Source: a virus. Taken from it: a stretch of 44,795 nucleotides of DNA. Made by a program: the position numbers and the translations under genes. The notes beneath the pieces were generated by a model. It had not been told where the DNA came from and did not search any database. It worked only from the letters and a program-made list of their open reading frames with translations. Below are positions 22,120-31,914 of the stretch, in pieces; the stretch's first letter is position 1; each line of letters opens with the position of its first letter. The stretch lies in IMG/VR virus record IMGVR_UViG_2911509878_000001, positions 1-44,795 of that record; one strand, written 5' to 3'.

Positions 22120-23303
22120 GTTGGGTGGACAACTTTGTATCATTTACATCAAACACAACCTCACCAGAACTTTTCAGACGTTGGGCAGGAATAAGCACCA
22201 TCGCCTGTGCGCTTGAGCGACGGACCTGGGTTGTCACTTACGGATCGAAATTGTATCCTAACCTATACATAGTCCTGTGTGCTCCGCCAGGCGTGGGTAA
22301 GACTGAGGTGCTTTGGCGCATCCGCGATGTGCTAGAGTATGTTGATGAACTTAATTTAGCAGCGCCTTCATTAACGAAGGCGTCTTTGATTGATGAGCTT
22401 AACGAGGCTGAACGGAGTGTGGTGCGTCCGCAGGATAATCCTTCCGTCATCAAATTCAACTCCTTGTCCTTAATCGTCAACGAGCTTGGAGTCTTGCTTC
22501 CAGCGTATGAAAATGATTTCATGAACACTTTGACGGATTTATATGACTGTAAGTTTTACGCCGAAAAACGCCGAACCAACAAACTTGAGATCAACATTCC
22601 CGCGCCTCAAATCAATATGATTGCGGGCACTACACCTTCCTATCTTAACAGCGTCATTCCTGAGGGCGCGTGGGATCAGGGCTTTCTATCACGAACTCTT
22701 CTAATCTACACCGGCGAACGTCACCTACGTGAACTATTCGATGTGTTAGGAACCAACGATGAAGAAAGCAATTCTCTTAAAGAAGGCATCGCCAAGATCA
22801 GTGACATTTACGGAGAAATAAAATTCACTGACGAGGCAAAAGAACTTATAAACAATTGGCACCTATCCGGTGGCCCGCCTTCTCCCGAGCATCCAAAGCT
22901 TATTCACTACAGCACCCGACGTACGGCGCATTTGCTAAAGCTTTGCCAAATTGCTTGCGTTGAGTCGCGCCTGGAATTAGTGATACGTCCGGAGGATTTC
23001 AACAAGGCCCTTGATTGGCTTATCGAGGCCGAGCATTACATGCCGGAAATCTTCAAAGCTATGTCCTCAGTCGGCACCGGCAAAACAATGGAGGAGGCTT
23101 GGTTCTATTTATTCCAAGCCTGGACCAAGGATAATAAGCCCGTGCAAGAACACAGGCTTATTCAATTTCTTCAGGAAAAAGTTCCGATCCATCACATCAA
23201 AGTTACTATTGAAATGATGGAGAAGTCAGGGATCATTACTCCGCAATTAACCAAAACCGGAAAGGCGTATGTTCCGCGAGGTAAAAAACCTAACTCGGGG
23301 TAA
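22116..23303 (+). CDS. P-loop NTPase, putative replicative helicase (DUF3987-like); no primase domain seen
   Basis: Walker A CAPPGVGKTE, Walker B-like SLIVNELG. Last gene of the rightward arm, ATGA-coupled to the polymerase. Confidence 0.55.
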   Translation: MSWVDNFVSFTSNTTSPELFRRWAGISTIACALERRTWVVTYGSKLYPNLYIVLCAPPGVGKTEVLWRIRDVLEYVDELNLAAPSLTKASLIDELNEAERSVVRPQDNPSVIKFNSLSLIVNELGVLLPAYENDFMNTLTDLYDCKFYAEKRRTNKLEINIPAPQINMIAGTTPSYLNSVIPEGAWDQGFLSRTLLIYTGERHLRELFDVLGTNDEESNSLKEGIAKISDIYGEIKFTDEAKELINNWHLSGGPPSPEHPKLIHYSTRRTAHLLKLCQIACVESRLELVIRPEDFNKALDWLIEAEHYMPEIFKAMSSVGTGKTMEEAWFYLFQAWTKDNKPVQEHRLIQFLQEKVPIHHIKVTIEMMEKSGIITPQLTKTGKAYVPRGKKPNSG

Positions 23304-23529
23304 CGCATTCGCGGTCAAAGTGCTGATTGATTTCTATCGACCTTCGCACGTTAGCGGAGTCTTCAGCTATCGCTCGTTCCCACCCTTCAATAGTCCAACG
23401 GAACCGCTCTGTAACAAGGTCGCAAAACAGCGCCTCCTCAATCGGTTCCGTTATCGGTTCCATCTGGCGCTGGGAGCAGCCATTCAGCAGGAATATCAAA
23501 AGTGGTAAGATCATCAGGTATCGAAGCAT
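23290..23529 (-). CDS. o-spanin (outer-membrane lipoprotein, Rz1-like)
   Basis: MLRYLMILPLLIFLLNGC has lipobox L-N-G-C. The start lies inside the 3' end of the i-spanin gene. Confidence 0.75.
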   Translation of the reverse strand: MLRYLMILPLLIFLLNGCSQRQMEPITEPIEEALFCDLVTERFRWTIEGWERAIAEDSANVRRSIEINQHFDRECVTPS

Positions 23530-23728
23530 TGCTTTCTGCAGCCTCCTGTAGATTTTGTAGCCGGTGACTACAGGTTTCTAGACTTCCACGCGCTCGCGCT
23601 TCACTGGTTTGAACCGCTATCAACGAGGCTTTCAAATCTTTGACTTGAATAGTCTTGTATCCACCCCAAGCCGTCAAGCCTATTGTAACACCAACGGTGG
23701 CCTTCATCATTATACTATTGAGTATCAT
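23438..23728 (-). CDS. i-spanin (Rz-like)
   Basis: N-terminal TM ATVGVTIGLTAWGGY, then a coiled-coil-like segment. It directly follows the endolysin. Confidence 0.7.
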   Translation of the reverse strand: MILNSIMMKATVGVTIGLTAWGGYKTIQVKDLKASLIAVQTSEARARGSLETCSHRLQNLQEAAESNASIPDDLTTFDIPAEWLLPAPDGTDNGTD

Positions 23729-23730
23729 GT

Positions 23731-24360
23731 TTAAATCCTCATCCTGAGTTCATCTCCGATAGTCCGCGCATTCCGTGTTTTCACGTCCCCCGGCATAACA
23801 TTCAAGTCCCACTTTTGGCGCTGCCTAACATTAAGGTTCGGTTGCACTTCTGAGTGCATCAGCACGGTCCACGGGCTTATGGGAATATTATAATCCTGAC
23901 ACAATCCCCGCGTAACCAGCAGCATTTGATCAATTTGTTTTTCCGTAAGAGGAAAATCTCCCCAACTAAACGAGACTTCCTGCGCGCCTGCCATTGCGGC
24001 ACAGGCAATACCAATTGAACCCGTGTTAAGCTTCCAAACATGTGCGCCATAAATTCCATCCATAGCATCAGTGTTGTCTTCGGGTTCGTTCTCTCCAGGC
24101 ACTACATTCCCATCACCCTCAATAATAAAGTGGTAGTGCTTTTTGTCGGTGCTCGAGGCTTTATGCGTCCCGCCCGTCCAATGCCAAATGATCCGATGCA
24201 ACCCAGATCGGTGAAAATCGTGTTCTATGGGGTGCCCCGTGGCGTCGTGGAATGCCCGCTTTGCGCGCCGTGTCATCGGCCCCATGGCCCCGTCTATCGG
24301 CCCCGGATCGAACCCATACGCGGCCAAACGGCATTGCTTATCTAGAGTCGTATATCCCAT
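23731..24360 (-). CDS. Endolysin: N-terminal PG_binding_1 domain plus N-acetylmuramoyl-L-alanine amidase (Amidase_2/PGRP, T7-lysozyme type)
   Basis: AAYGFDPGPIDGAMGPMTRRA, IIWHWTGG, HYHFIIEGDG and GAHVWKLNTGSIGIA. Start taken at ATG 24360, which has a GGAGA SD. Confidence 0.85.
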   Translation of the reverse strand: MGYTTLDKQCRLAAYGFDPGPIDGAMGPMTRRAKRAFHDATGHPIEHDFHRSGLHRIIWHWTGGTHKASSTDKKHYHFIIEGDGNVVPGENEPEDNTDAMDGIYGAHVWKLNTGSIGIACAAMAGAQEVSFSWGDFPLTEKQIDQMLLVTRGLCQDYNIPISPWTVLMHSEVQPNLNVRQRQKWDLNVMPGDVKTRNARTIGDELRMRI

Positions 24361-24472
24361 TGCATATCTCCTCTGGGTCACAAGGGTTTTTGTTTTCGAC
24401 AAGTTCCTCAGGCGACAACAACGCACTAAGAAAGAAAGCCGCCAAAGCTAAAAGAATCAAATAGGTAGACAT
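24338..24472 (-). CDS. Small hydrophobic N-terminus peptide (44 aa) within the lysis cassette
   Basis: SD AGAGGAAAA. Reads MSTYLILLALAAFFLSALLSPEEL... and overlaps the endolysin start by 23 nt. Confidence 0.45.
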   Translation of the reverse strand: MSTYLILLALAAFFLSALLSPEELVENKNPCDPEEICNGIYDSR

Positions 24473-24503
24473 TCTATTTTCCTCTTTCAACTTTTGTTTG
24501 ATG

Positions 24504-24806
24504 CTATTCATTGTTAGAACCTCCAAGACGTTTCCTGATTAGCTCCTTCACGAACTCACGATCCCGTATCAAGGATGTAATCACATCTAAAACTAAATAG
24601 CCTGTTGTGGTTATAACCACCACCGCCAGGATTTCACTATGCCCGGACCATTCGGCGAGGTCTTCGGAAAGCGAAGCGCCAAGGCCTGTTGATGAAATAA
24701 CCAACAGTATTCGACTGGTAATTTTCTTTTCGTGTCCGCGTTCGTAAACATAGGCCGCCGCCGCAATCAGCGCCACCCAAAATTCCCAAGGTTTATCTAA
24801 CCACAT
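24504..24806 (-). CDS. Holin (three predicted TM segments)
   Basis: FWVALIAAAAYVY, ILLVISSTGLGASL and ILAVVVITTTGYLVLDVITSL, with a charged C-terminus. It lies upstream of the endolysin. Confidence 0.65.
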   Translation of the reverse strand: MWLDKPWEFWVALIAAAAYVYERGHEKKITSRILLVISSTGLGASLSEDLAEWSGHSEILAVVVITTTGYLVLDVITSLIRDREFVKELIRKRLGGSNNE

Positions 24807-27800
24807 TAGTCAATCCCCAATTCTTCGTTACCCATTTCCTGTATCATATCAAAGGCCCAAGCGAGTGCAGAATGGTTTTGATACGGAAACAGCCGTCTCA
24901 TTGCATTGGTAGTTCTTTGTGTAGGATCGTTTACAGTTGTTGCAATGGTTTGCACATCGCTGGCCAGTCCCACTGTTGGCCCTGCCATCCGTCCGATAGG
25001 ATTTCCAAAAGATGCGCGGGATGATGTTTCCGCGCCAAGCGTTGCGAGCCCCCGCGTATAAGGAAGCTCTTCGCCAAAGTTCTTAACCTCCGCCAACACA
25101 CCTAAAACGCCACTGCGGTTAACCGCCTCGTTAGCCCACCGTTCTGGCCCCGCATTGAGCATTTCATTTCTTGTTTCACTGCCTCGCACGTTAGCCCAAA
25201 GATAATAACTAACCGCGCCCATGGCTAAACTGGTAAGGACGCCGGAGGTTACGGGAACGATGTTGCCGATCCGAGCCTCCTGCATAGATGCAGTGACGAG
25301 ACGGAATTGAGAGGAAAACGTAAAAGAGCGGAACTGAAAGATCAACCGCGCAATCATATTTTGATCGCTCCAATTGGGCCTTTCTGTTCCGGGCGTCACG
25401 ATTTCACTTTCGACCTGTCGTCCCAGAGCCGCCCGATACATTCGCGCGAGTTCTTGATCGCCCCAATCCATGGTGTTGGGAAGCCAAGCGCCGTTAACTC
25501 GATTACCGCCTCCCGGCGTTTGAGTAATTTCCTGCCACATACGCCCCGCGTCAATAGCGTCAATACCGTTTGCGGCAAGATAGGCAATGTCCCGTGTCGA
25601 GCGGTCGCCCTCCGCTACATTCCCAAGCGCTCGCATCATTCGTCCATTAATCAATGCGCCCGCAAAACTTTTCATTCCACTATTGTAATGGTCCATGCCG
25701 GAATACAGGCCGAACTTATTGGCCATGGTTTGAACCGCCCGTTCAGGCATTGTCCCGTGTTCAACCTCATCCATTATATCATACAACGCAGCCATACGAG
25801 AATGAAGCGCAACGTCTAGGTTAACGCCCGCATGTCGCGCCTCATCGACCGACATTTTAAAGCTTTGAAAATCTCGGATCATGGGGACAAAGCCGTCACG
25901 GAAGGCGTTAAGCAAGCCATGTCGCGCGATGACAGAACCCATATCGGGGAGACTGGAAATAACCACACCTCCCATCAATCGAAGCAAATTTACATTCAGG
26001 GCAAAACGTCCTGCACGGAATGGTATCGCTTCAGGATCATCCGGTATCCCACGAACATAGCGCAGGCGATCAATTTGAACATTCAAATCTTGCAGCGCCT
26101 GGCTCCATTGCTTGTTCAATTTATCAATCTTTTTATTCCGTTGCGTCTCAGTAAGTTTAGTATCCCGCGAAACTGCTTCAAGGCTTTCGTGAAACTCCTT
26201 ATTAATTTTCGCGAGGATTGGACTATCTTTGCCAAGCGGCTGAACTGTCCCAAAGGCTCTCTGCAATTCAATATCCGTAGCCATGGTGCGCATGTAGCGC
26301 CGGGACAGCTTTTCAATATCACGCTCAAGAAATTCCTCATAAGTACGACCGTTGGACCAGACGTGAGTCGGATCAATGTTAAGAGTCCGCGCCAGTTCCG
26401 GCCCCCGCTCCTGCATCAACGTAAGGCCCGGCAACCGCCCGTTTTCCCCTGTCATTCGTCCGTAAGTGTCAAAAGCAAGTTCTTGCGCAGCCTCACGAAA
26501 TGACACCGCGTCTTTGAGACTTTTCTCTCCCAAGTTCATTCGACCTGCCGCGTCTGTCTTAACAAGCACGTTTGCACGTTGGTTGATTTGCAGCCGTTCC
26601 ATAAAGTTAAGGCGGCGATTGTCAATCTTCTGACGCAATTCCGTTTGCATTTCTGCCGTGCGTTTGGGGTCCAACGACCTCGCCCGCTCTTCCAGCTTCG
26701 CAATGCGCAAGGCTCGCCGACTGTTAAGCGTGTTAGTCGCCGTCATCAAATTATCGTAATTTTCCTTAACTGCCTGATAAAGTTCATCCTGCGGACGACC
26801 CGCTTCCAAATCATTCAGCCGTTCGATCAATTGATCCAGTGCGACTTGGCGTTGCGCCTGCCGATCTTCCAGCTTTGAAATAGCTTCACTGCTTCGTAGG
26901 TCCGAATGCACCAGGTGCTCAAAGCCTTCCGGCATCTCCCGCAATTTATCCAGCCGCGTTGCCCCGCGTTCAAACGTTAAGTAGGCTCGTTCAAATTGTT
27001 CCCGCAACTTGTTGAGTTCATCCGCTTGAATAACTTCACCACGTTCGTATTTACTCAACAGTGCATTTGCGCGTTTGGCTGTGCGTTGCAGAGTGCTGAG
27101 TTGTTGTTCCTCAATCTGATCAATCTGATTAAGCGCGCGTTGTTGCCGAGCCTCGAAGCCTGAACGAGTATTGGTAAGGTTTGAAAACCGTTTCTTCAAC
27201 GCACGTTCAGCGGCTTTAAAATTTTTGAGAATATCCTTGTGTTCTTTTTCTAGCGCCTTCGCGGCTTCTCGCATAGCCCTCGCTTCCACAGTCCGTTGAC
27301 CCCGCGCCTCTGCCCGCATCGCCCTTATTTGTTCCGCGATCTCCCGCGCCTCCGGAAATTGTTGAGGTAGTGTAGAGATTTCCGTTTCCAGTTCTTCACG
27401 CAAAGCTTGCGCTTCATCCGCGTCCAGGCCGATGTCGGATAATGTTTGTTCATCACGTGTGGTAAGTCCTTCTAACCGTTCGTACTGACGTTTGAAACGC
27501 GCAAACATAACTTCCTCAAAATGTTCCGTGAGTATTTGTTCCAAGTCCATTCGGTCGCGTTGTGCAATGCCTTGACGAAGCACACGCGGAATATATGACA
27601 TTGCTTCTTCATCCGTAATGTTATCAAATCCTCGCATCCCTACGCGGCGTGCTTCTTGTAGCATTGGAATGAATAATTCCTCCCGATAGGCTTGTGCCAG
27701 CCTTTGCACATGTTCATTCTCATGCACGCCACCACGTTCGAGGGCCTGACCAACTGAACGGTAATAATCCTGCAGGTTCATGCGTTGACCAACCGGAGTT

Positions 27801-28768
27801 GCTTGAATGTAAGCATTCCAAATATCAGCTTCGCGCTGCTTGACATTGTAAAGAAGGGTGTAATGTTGGTTACGAAGGGCACCGATTTCCCCACCGCGCA
27901 CGGCAATGCCTTTCAAATTTCCCGTCAGATAAAGGCCGCCAGTGTTAAGACGTGCCTGGAATGCCCGAAGTGTAGGTGAAAATCCTTGGTTTAAGTTCCG
28001 CGTCACCGGGCTTAGGAATGTCGAGGCGCGGTCTAAGCCTACCCGAAGCGTTCCGCCTGGATCAATTAAGCTTTCCGGTTCCGCTACCTGCGCACCAACA
28101 GGCTCAGCCGTGAATGGTTGTATCGCAAGATTTTCGCCCGGATTGGCCATGTCAGCCTCAAACCGTGCAATCTGTCGCCGAGTCAAAAGTCCCGCGCCGC
28201 CGCCGAACAGGCCGCCCAAAATAGCTGCAGTGCCAACCCCAAGAACAAAGTCCTCCGGCCTCCGAGTTTCTTGCGTAACGTAAATAAAGCCTTCGTCAAT
28301 CGCGCCCCCGACCATATTCCAACCGGCGCCGCTAGCCGCTGTACGCCCAAGCGCTACACCACCTCGAATATTTTTATAGATTGCGCCACCAGGAAGAAGG
28401 ATTGTAGGCGACAACATTCCTGAAACCATCGCTGCACCAATCCCGGCCACGCCTGCGGCTTCCAACGTCTGACGATCTTGAGTCTGTTGTCTCACCCGAT
28501 TGAGAACGTAGTCAAATTCCTCATCCGACTCAACGGCTGCAAACAAATTTGGTTCAACCAATGCTTCAGGCACCTGGCGTAGACGTGCGGCTAAATCGAA
28601 ATCAGGATTGGGGGTAAACGCGGGGCGAGTAATAGCCGCGTAGGCGTTGACAACAGGATTTTCCTGACGAAACGCCGCACCCCAAATAGATTGTTCTTCC
28701 TCAGTAGCTGGCCGTGCAGTAGCGAGATAATTCTCCGGCACTGTGTCATCCCAAGGAACTAGAGTCAT
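24806..28768 (-). CDS. Large internal virion/ejection protein (T7 gp16 size class, 1320 aa)
   Basis: Position after the other core proteins. Gly-rich hydrophobic N-terminal segments and a long Glu/Arg/Gln-rich coiled-coil region. Confidence 0.55.
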   Translation of the reverse strand: MTLVPWDDTVPENYLATARPATEEEQSIWGAAFRQENPVVNAYAAITRPAFTPNPDFDLAARLRQVPEALVEPNLFAAVESDEEFDYVLNRVRQQTQDRQTLEAAGVAGIGAAMVSGMLSPTILLPGGAIYKNIRGGVALGRTAASGAGWNMVGGAIDEGFIYVTQETRRPEDFVLGVGTAAILGGLFGGGAGLLTRRQIARFEADMANPGENLAIQPFTAEPVGAQVAEPESLIDPGGTLRVGLDRASTFLSPVTRNLNQGFSPTLRAFQARLNTGGLYLTGNLKGIAVRGGEIGALRNQHYTLLYNVKQREADIWNAYIQATPVGQRMNLQDYYRSVGQALERGGVHENEHVQRLAQAYREELFIPMLQEARRVGMRGFDNITDEEAMSYIPRVLRQGIAQRDRMDLEQILTEHFEEVMFARFKRQYERLEGLTTRDEQTLSDIGLDADEAQALREELETEISTLPQQFPEAREIAEQIRAMRAEARGQRTVEARAMREAAKALEKEHKDILKNFKAAERALKKRFSNLTNTRSGFEARQQRALNQIDQIEEQQLSTLQRTAKRANALLSKYERGEVIQADELNKLREQFERAYLTFERGATRLDKLREMPEGFEHLVHSDLRSSEAISKLEDRQAQRQVALDQLIERLNDLEAGRPQDELYQAVKENYDNLMTATNTLNSRRALRIAKLEERARSLDPKRTAEMQTELRQKIDNRRLNFMERLQINQRANVLVKTDAAGRMNLGEKSLKDAVSFREAAQELAFDTYGRMTGENGRLPGLTLMQERGPELARTLNIDPTHVWSNGRTYEEFLERDIEKLSRRYMRTMATDIELQRAFGTVQPLGKDSPILAKINKEFHESLEAVSRDTKLTETQRNKKIDKLNKQWSQALQDLNVQIDRLRYVRGIPDDPEAIPFRAGRFALNVNLLRLMGGVVISSLPDMGSVIARHGLLNAFRDGFVPMIRDFQSFKMSVDEARHAGVNLDVALHSRMAALYDIMDEVEHGTMPERAVQTMANKFGLYSGMDHYNSGMKSFAGALINGRMMRALGNVAEGDRSTRDIAYLAANGIDAIDAGRMWQEITQTPGGGNRVNGAWLPNTMDWGDQELARMYRAALGRQVESEIVTPGTERPNWSDQNMIARLIFQFRSFTFSSQFRLVTASMQEARIGNIVPVTSGVLTSLAMGAVSYYLWANVRGSETRNEMLNAGPERWANEAVNRSGVLGVLAEVKNFGEELPYTRGLATLGAETSSRASFGNPIGRMAGPTVGLASDVQTIATTVNDPTQRTTNAMRRLFPYQNHSALAWAFDMIQEMGNEELGID

Positions 28769-31700
28769 TCTACAGACCCTCCCATAATAGTTTGCGCGGC
28801 GACCGGATCAAGGGCGAACAAACCGCTTGTAGTAATCTGGGAAGCAACGTTCTGACGTCCTACATCCCCCTGCTCGCGCAGTCGTCGGGAAATATCCACT
28901 GCCTCATTCAGCAATTCTTGATAAGCTTCCGGCTCGAGTTCAACTTCCTGATGCAGGTGAGAAGTCATTTGAGTTATCAAATCACTAAGCGCGGCCTGCG
29001 TCTGCAGCTGTCCCCGAATACCGATGACTTCTTGAATTGAGTTTTCAATAACCTCTTGAGATTGATCAAACATTATACGACTTGGGCGAATACCATCCAT
29101 TGCAGGGAGGAAGTGACCAAACTCATTTTCTACCACGACGCCGTAAGTAGGCATTTGACCTGATTGGATATTCGCCTCGGTTATGTGATCGGAATAAAGG
29201 CGGAACTGTTGATCCTCATTAAGCCCTAAATCATTCCGCACTACCTCATTAATCCAATCATAAGAGCCGTTAAGATCGGCGGGATAATAATTTTCCGGCG
29301 GCCTGCGCATAATAACGCCAGTACGGTCGCTTATGCGGCTTTCCCCCCACCGAGTACGCAATGCTTCATGCGCCTGATCTCGAGCATCTTCCGGCCCTAT
29401 ACCCGCGTTGAGGCTTTGACGAAAGAGTTCCGCAAATTCAGCTTGAAGCGACGCTGCCATCTGAGGCGTTGCGATTGGGCTTTCCCGTCCTCTATCCAGC
29501 GCCGCGTCTGCAATCGAACGAGCGGAGAACCAATCGGGATGCTCACGAATTGAGGCGGTGTAGGTTTGATCCGCAACACGCAGGATTTCTGCGTTTGAAG
29601 GATTACGAATTTGCTGCACTACCGCCATCGCCTCATCACGGGGAACAGCGCCACCAAGCGTAGACATGTAACGGGCGACTCGCGTTTCCGTGTCATTGAA
29701 ATCCTGTTCAAACACTTGCGGGTTGTTGGAATAAAGCGCGGCCAAAGACTGCATTGCGAAATCAACGTCCTCAGGGTTAGCTGAGCGAGAAAGCCGCAAC
29801 AGGTTTTCACTTACGGGCGTGGGCACGTAACCCATCTGCTCCACATCGCGCACAACACGTTGATTGAATGCTTCACTATCGCGGTCAGCGATGCTCTGCA
29901 TGTGGCGTTCGGTTGAGTAGTTATCTGCTGCGGTACGATTAGTTTGTTGGCTTCTATCGAAAGTGAAGAGATCAGAATTAATACGGGCGTCAAAGGAGGC
30001 TACAGAGGCAACACTATCCCGAGCCCTATTAAGGCTTCTATAAAGGTCTTCGATTTCCGTGGGCACAAGGCCGTAATCATTTATAGCCTGTTGAATATCT
30101 TGTTCGCCTGCTTCGCCTAGGCCTATCCGCGCATTAAGCTGATCAAGGAAATTCCCTCGTGACTCATTCGCGCGGGACTGAATATCAATGATATTATTGT
30201 TGGCGTTGTTGAGGGCATCTTGAAAAATACTCACGCGCGCGTCAATTGAGATACCGGAGAAGCGTTCATCGTATACTACTGACGGCAGTGTAGGCCGAGA
30301 ATTGGTAACAGTGCGGTAGAACTGCTCCACAGGAACATCTGCTATGTAGGCGAAACGTTGTTCATCAGTGCCCGGACGGGTTTGCGCAAGCAGTACCTGC
30401 CGTGCTCGTTCGATAAGAACCGGATCGGCGGAGGATAAATCCGCCTGCAAGTCCCGACCCGTGGCTTGATTATAGGCCTGACCCATAAGCCACCAAGCCG
30501 CGCGATCCTGATTTTCAGGTGCAAAGTTCGGCAGGTTAAGTGTCGTGCGGGCGATTTCCCAATCCTCAGGAGTGATTAAATAACGCCCTGCAGGTTCGTT
30601 CCCCGGATGCGAAGCGTAATCGGAAAAACTTCCGCCGCCATCGAGCTGTTGATAATTTACTTCCCCCTCAAAATTCTGCATGATGTTAAGCAGGCCAGGG
30701 ACTTCCGCCGCTTCTGACCAAACGTGGCCCTCGCCATTTTGATAAGCTTCAGGCGGAAACACATCCATATGAAAAGAGTTGCCCATGTAGTCACTGCCGT
30801 AACCAATGCCGTGAATACCCGCGCGGGCGGCCTCGAGCAGGAAGCGGTTCACAATATTATTCCCGCGTGGGTCCATGTAAGGTAGAACTGACCCATCAGG
30901 AAGTGTAATCGTGAAATCAGCGGCAGTGCCTGCGGGGTGACGGCGAGTGCCAGTGGCGCGCCCTTCGTGCCCCGAGCTTATGTTAATTTGCGCGCCCCGA
31001 CCGAAGACGGTTTCAACAGTGTTGGAAAGGATATTTAAAAGGCGTTGATCAGGAGAACTAGTATCCGGCTGAATATTGATTTGAACATTTGCCGAGGGTG
31101 AGCCTTCGGCCCCACCTACAATATTCAACAATCCCCGCGCCTCACCTGTAAGACCCGTCGCCCGCGTGTCCCTACCATCCACCGGCCCGGGCAGCGCGCC
31201 TCTATCCATCGAGGGGTTTTCCGCCGCTGCGCCTACTTCCAATGTATACTCAGCTATATCAATGCTGTCGAGTGTTGCGTTGAGAATTGTTTCCGTTTGC
31301 GCCTGGTCAAGGGGGCTATTCGCCAAAATCTCAACCATTTCCTCCCTCCAAACTTCAGGATCACCCTCGCCTGTTTGTATTTGATTGATAGCGGTTTGGA
31401 GCGTTTCCTCAACGTTGTTAATGTAGGCCGTGTCGCTCGCGCGCAACTCCTCCGTATACGCCTCGACAGAAAAGGCGGTTTCAATACGGGCAAGCCGTTC
31501 CTCAAATTCCGGGCGCAAATTTTCAGGAATGGCTGAACGCAATTCTGCCGTTCTGGCCGTTACTAACTGTTCAACCTCATTTGTGAAACCGGAACCATCA
31601 ACAGGCGCATTGCGGCGAAGCTCTTCAACTTCCTGCGCCATTGCTGCTTCGGCGCGGATAAGATCAGTGGCGATGTTGGCGCGTTCGAGTCGTTCGGCGC

Positions 31701-31914
31701 GTTGCAGATGCGCTAACTCTAAATTCTGACGCGCATCTAGAACTTGTTCCTCCGTCATTTCAAAGGCGTTCATAGAGTCGCCTAGGCCGCCGAGCGCCCT
31801 TGCAACGCCTGCACCAAAACTTTGCGCGGTTGCTGTTGGACTACCGCCACGAACAGGACGTGCCGTCGCGCGAACATTACCGATAGGACCGAATGTATCA
31901 GACATTTCCTGCAC
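28765..31914 (-). CDS. Internal virion protein with two cell-wall hydrolase domains (LAS/M15-like peptidase plus lambda-lysozyme/GH104-like transglycosylase)
   Basis: SSGHEGRATGTRRHPAGTAADF...GNSFHMDV (H...G-x-A-x-D...H-x-D) and PAGRYLITPEDWE...NFAPENQDRAAWWLM. Alternative ATG start at 31905. Confidence 0.6.
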   Translation of the reverse strand: MQEMSDTFGPIGNVRATARPVRGGSPTATAQSFGAGVARALGGLGDSMNAFEMTEEQVLDARQNLELAHLQRAERLERANIATDLIRAEAAMAQEVEELRRNAPVDGSGFTNEVEQLVTARTAELRSAIPENLRPEFEERLARIETAFSVEAYTEELRASDTAYINNVEETLQTAINQIQTGEGDPEVWREEMVEILANSPLDQAQTETILNATLDSIDIAEYTLEVGAAAENPSMDRGALPGPVDGRDTRATGLTGEARGLLNIVGGAEGSPSANVQINIQPDTSSPDQRLLNILSNTVETVFGRGAQINISSGHEGRATGTRRHPAGTAADFTITLPDGSVLPYMDPRGNNIVNRFLLEAARAGIHGIGYGSDYMGNSFHMDVFPPEAYQNGEGHVWSEAAEVPGLLNIMQNFEGEVNYQQLDGGGSFSDYASHPGNEPAGRYLITPEDWEIARTTLNLPNFAPENQDRAAWWLMGQAYNQATGRDLQADLSSADPVLIERARQVLLAQTRPGTDEQRFAYIADVPVEQFYRTVTNSRPTLPSVVYDERFSGISIDARVSIFQDALNNANNNIIDIQSRANESRGNFLDQLNARIGLGEAGEQDIQQAINDYGLVPTEIEDLYRSLNRARDSVASVASFDARINSDLFTFDRSQQTNRTAADNYSTERHMQSIADRDSEAFNQRVVRDVEQMGYVPTPVSENLLRLSRSANPEDVDFAMQSLAALYSNNPQVFEQDFNDTETRVARYMSTLGGAVPRDEAMAVVQQIRNPSNAEILRVADQTYTASIREHPDWFSARSIADAALDRGRESPIATPQMAASLQAEFAELFRQSLNAGIGPEDARDQAHEALRTRWGESRISDRTGVIMRRPPENYYPADLNGSYDWINEVVRNDLGLNEDQQFRLYSDHITEANIQSGQMPTYGVVVENEFGHFLPAMDGIRPSRIMFDQSQEVIENSIQEVIGIRGQLQTQAALSDLITQMTSHLHQEVELEPEAYQELLNEAVDISRRLREQGDVGRQNVASQITTSGLFALDPVAAQTIMGGSVE

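Noticed and set aside
25307-26503. + strand ORFs 25307..25819 (170 aa) and 25832..26503 (223 aa), and likewise 39721..40374 (217 aa)
   Set aside because: They are shadow ORFs antisense to the 1320-aa core protein and the portal gene.
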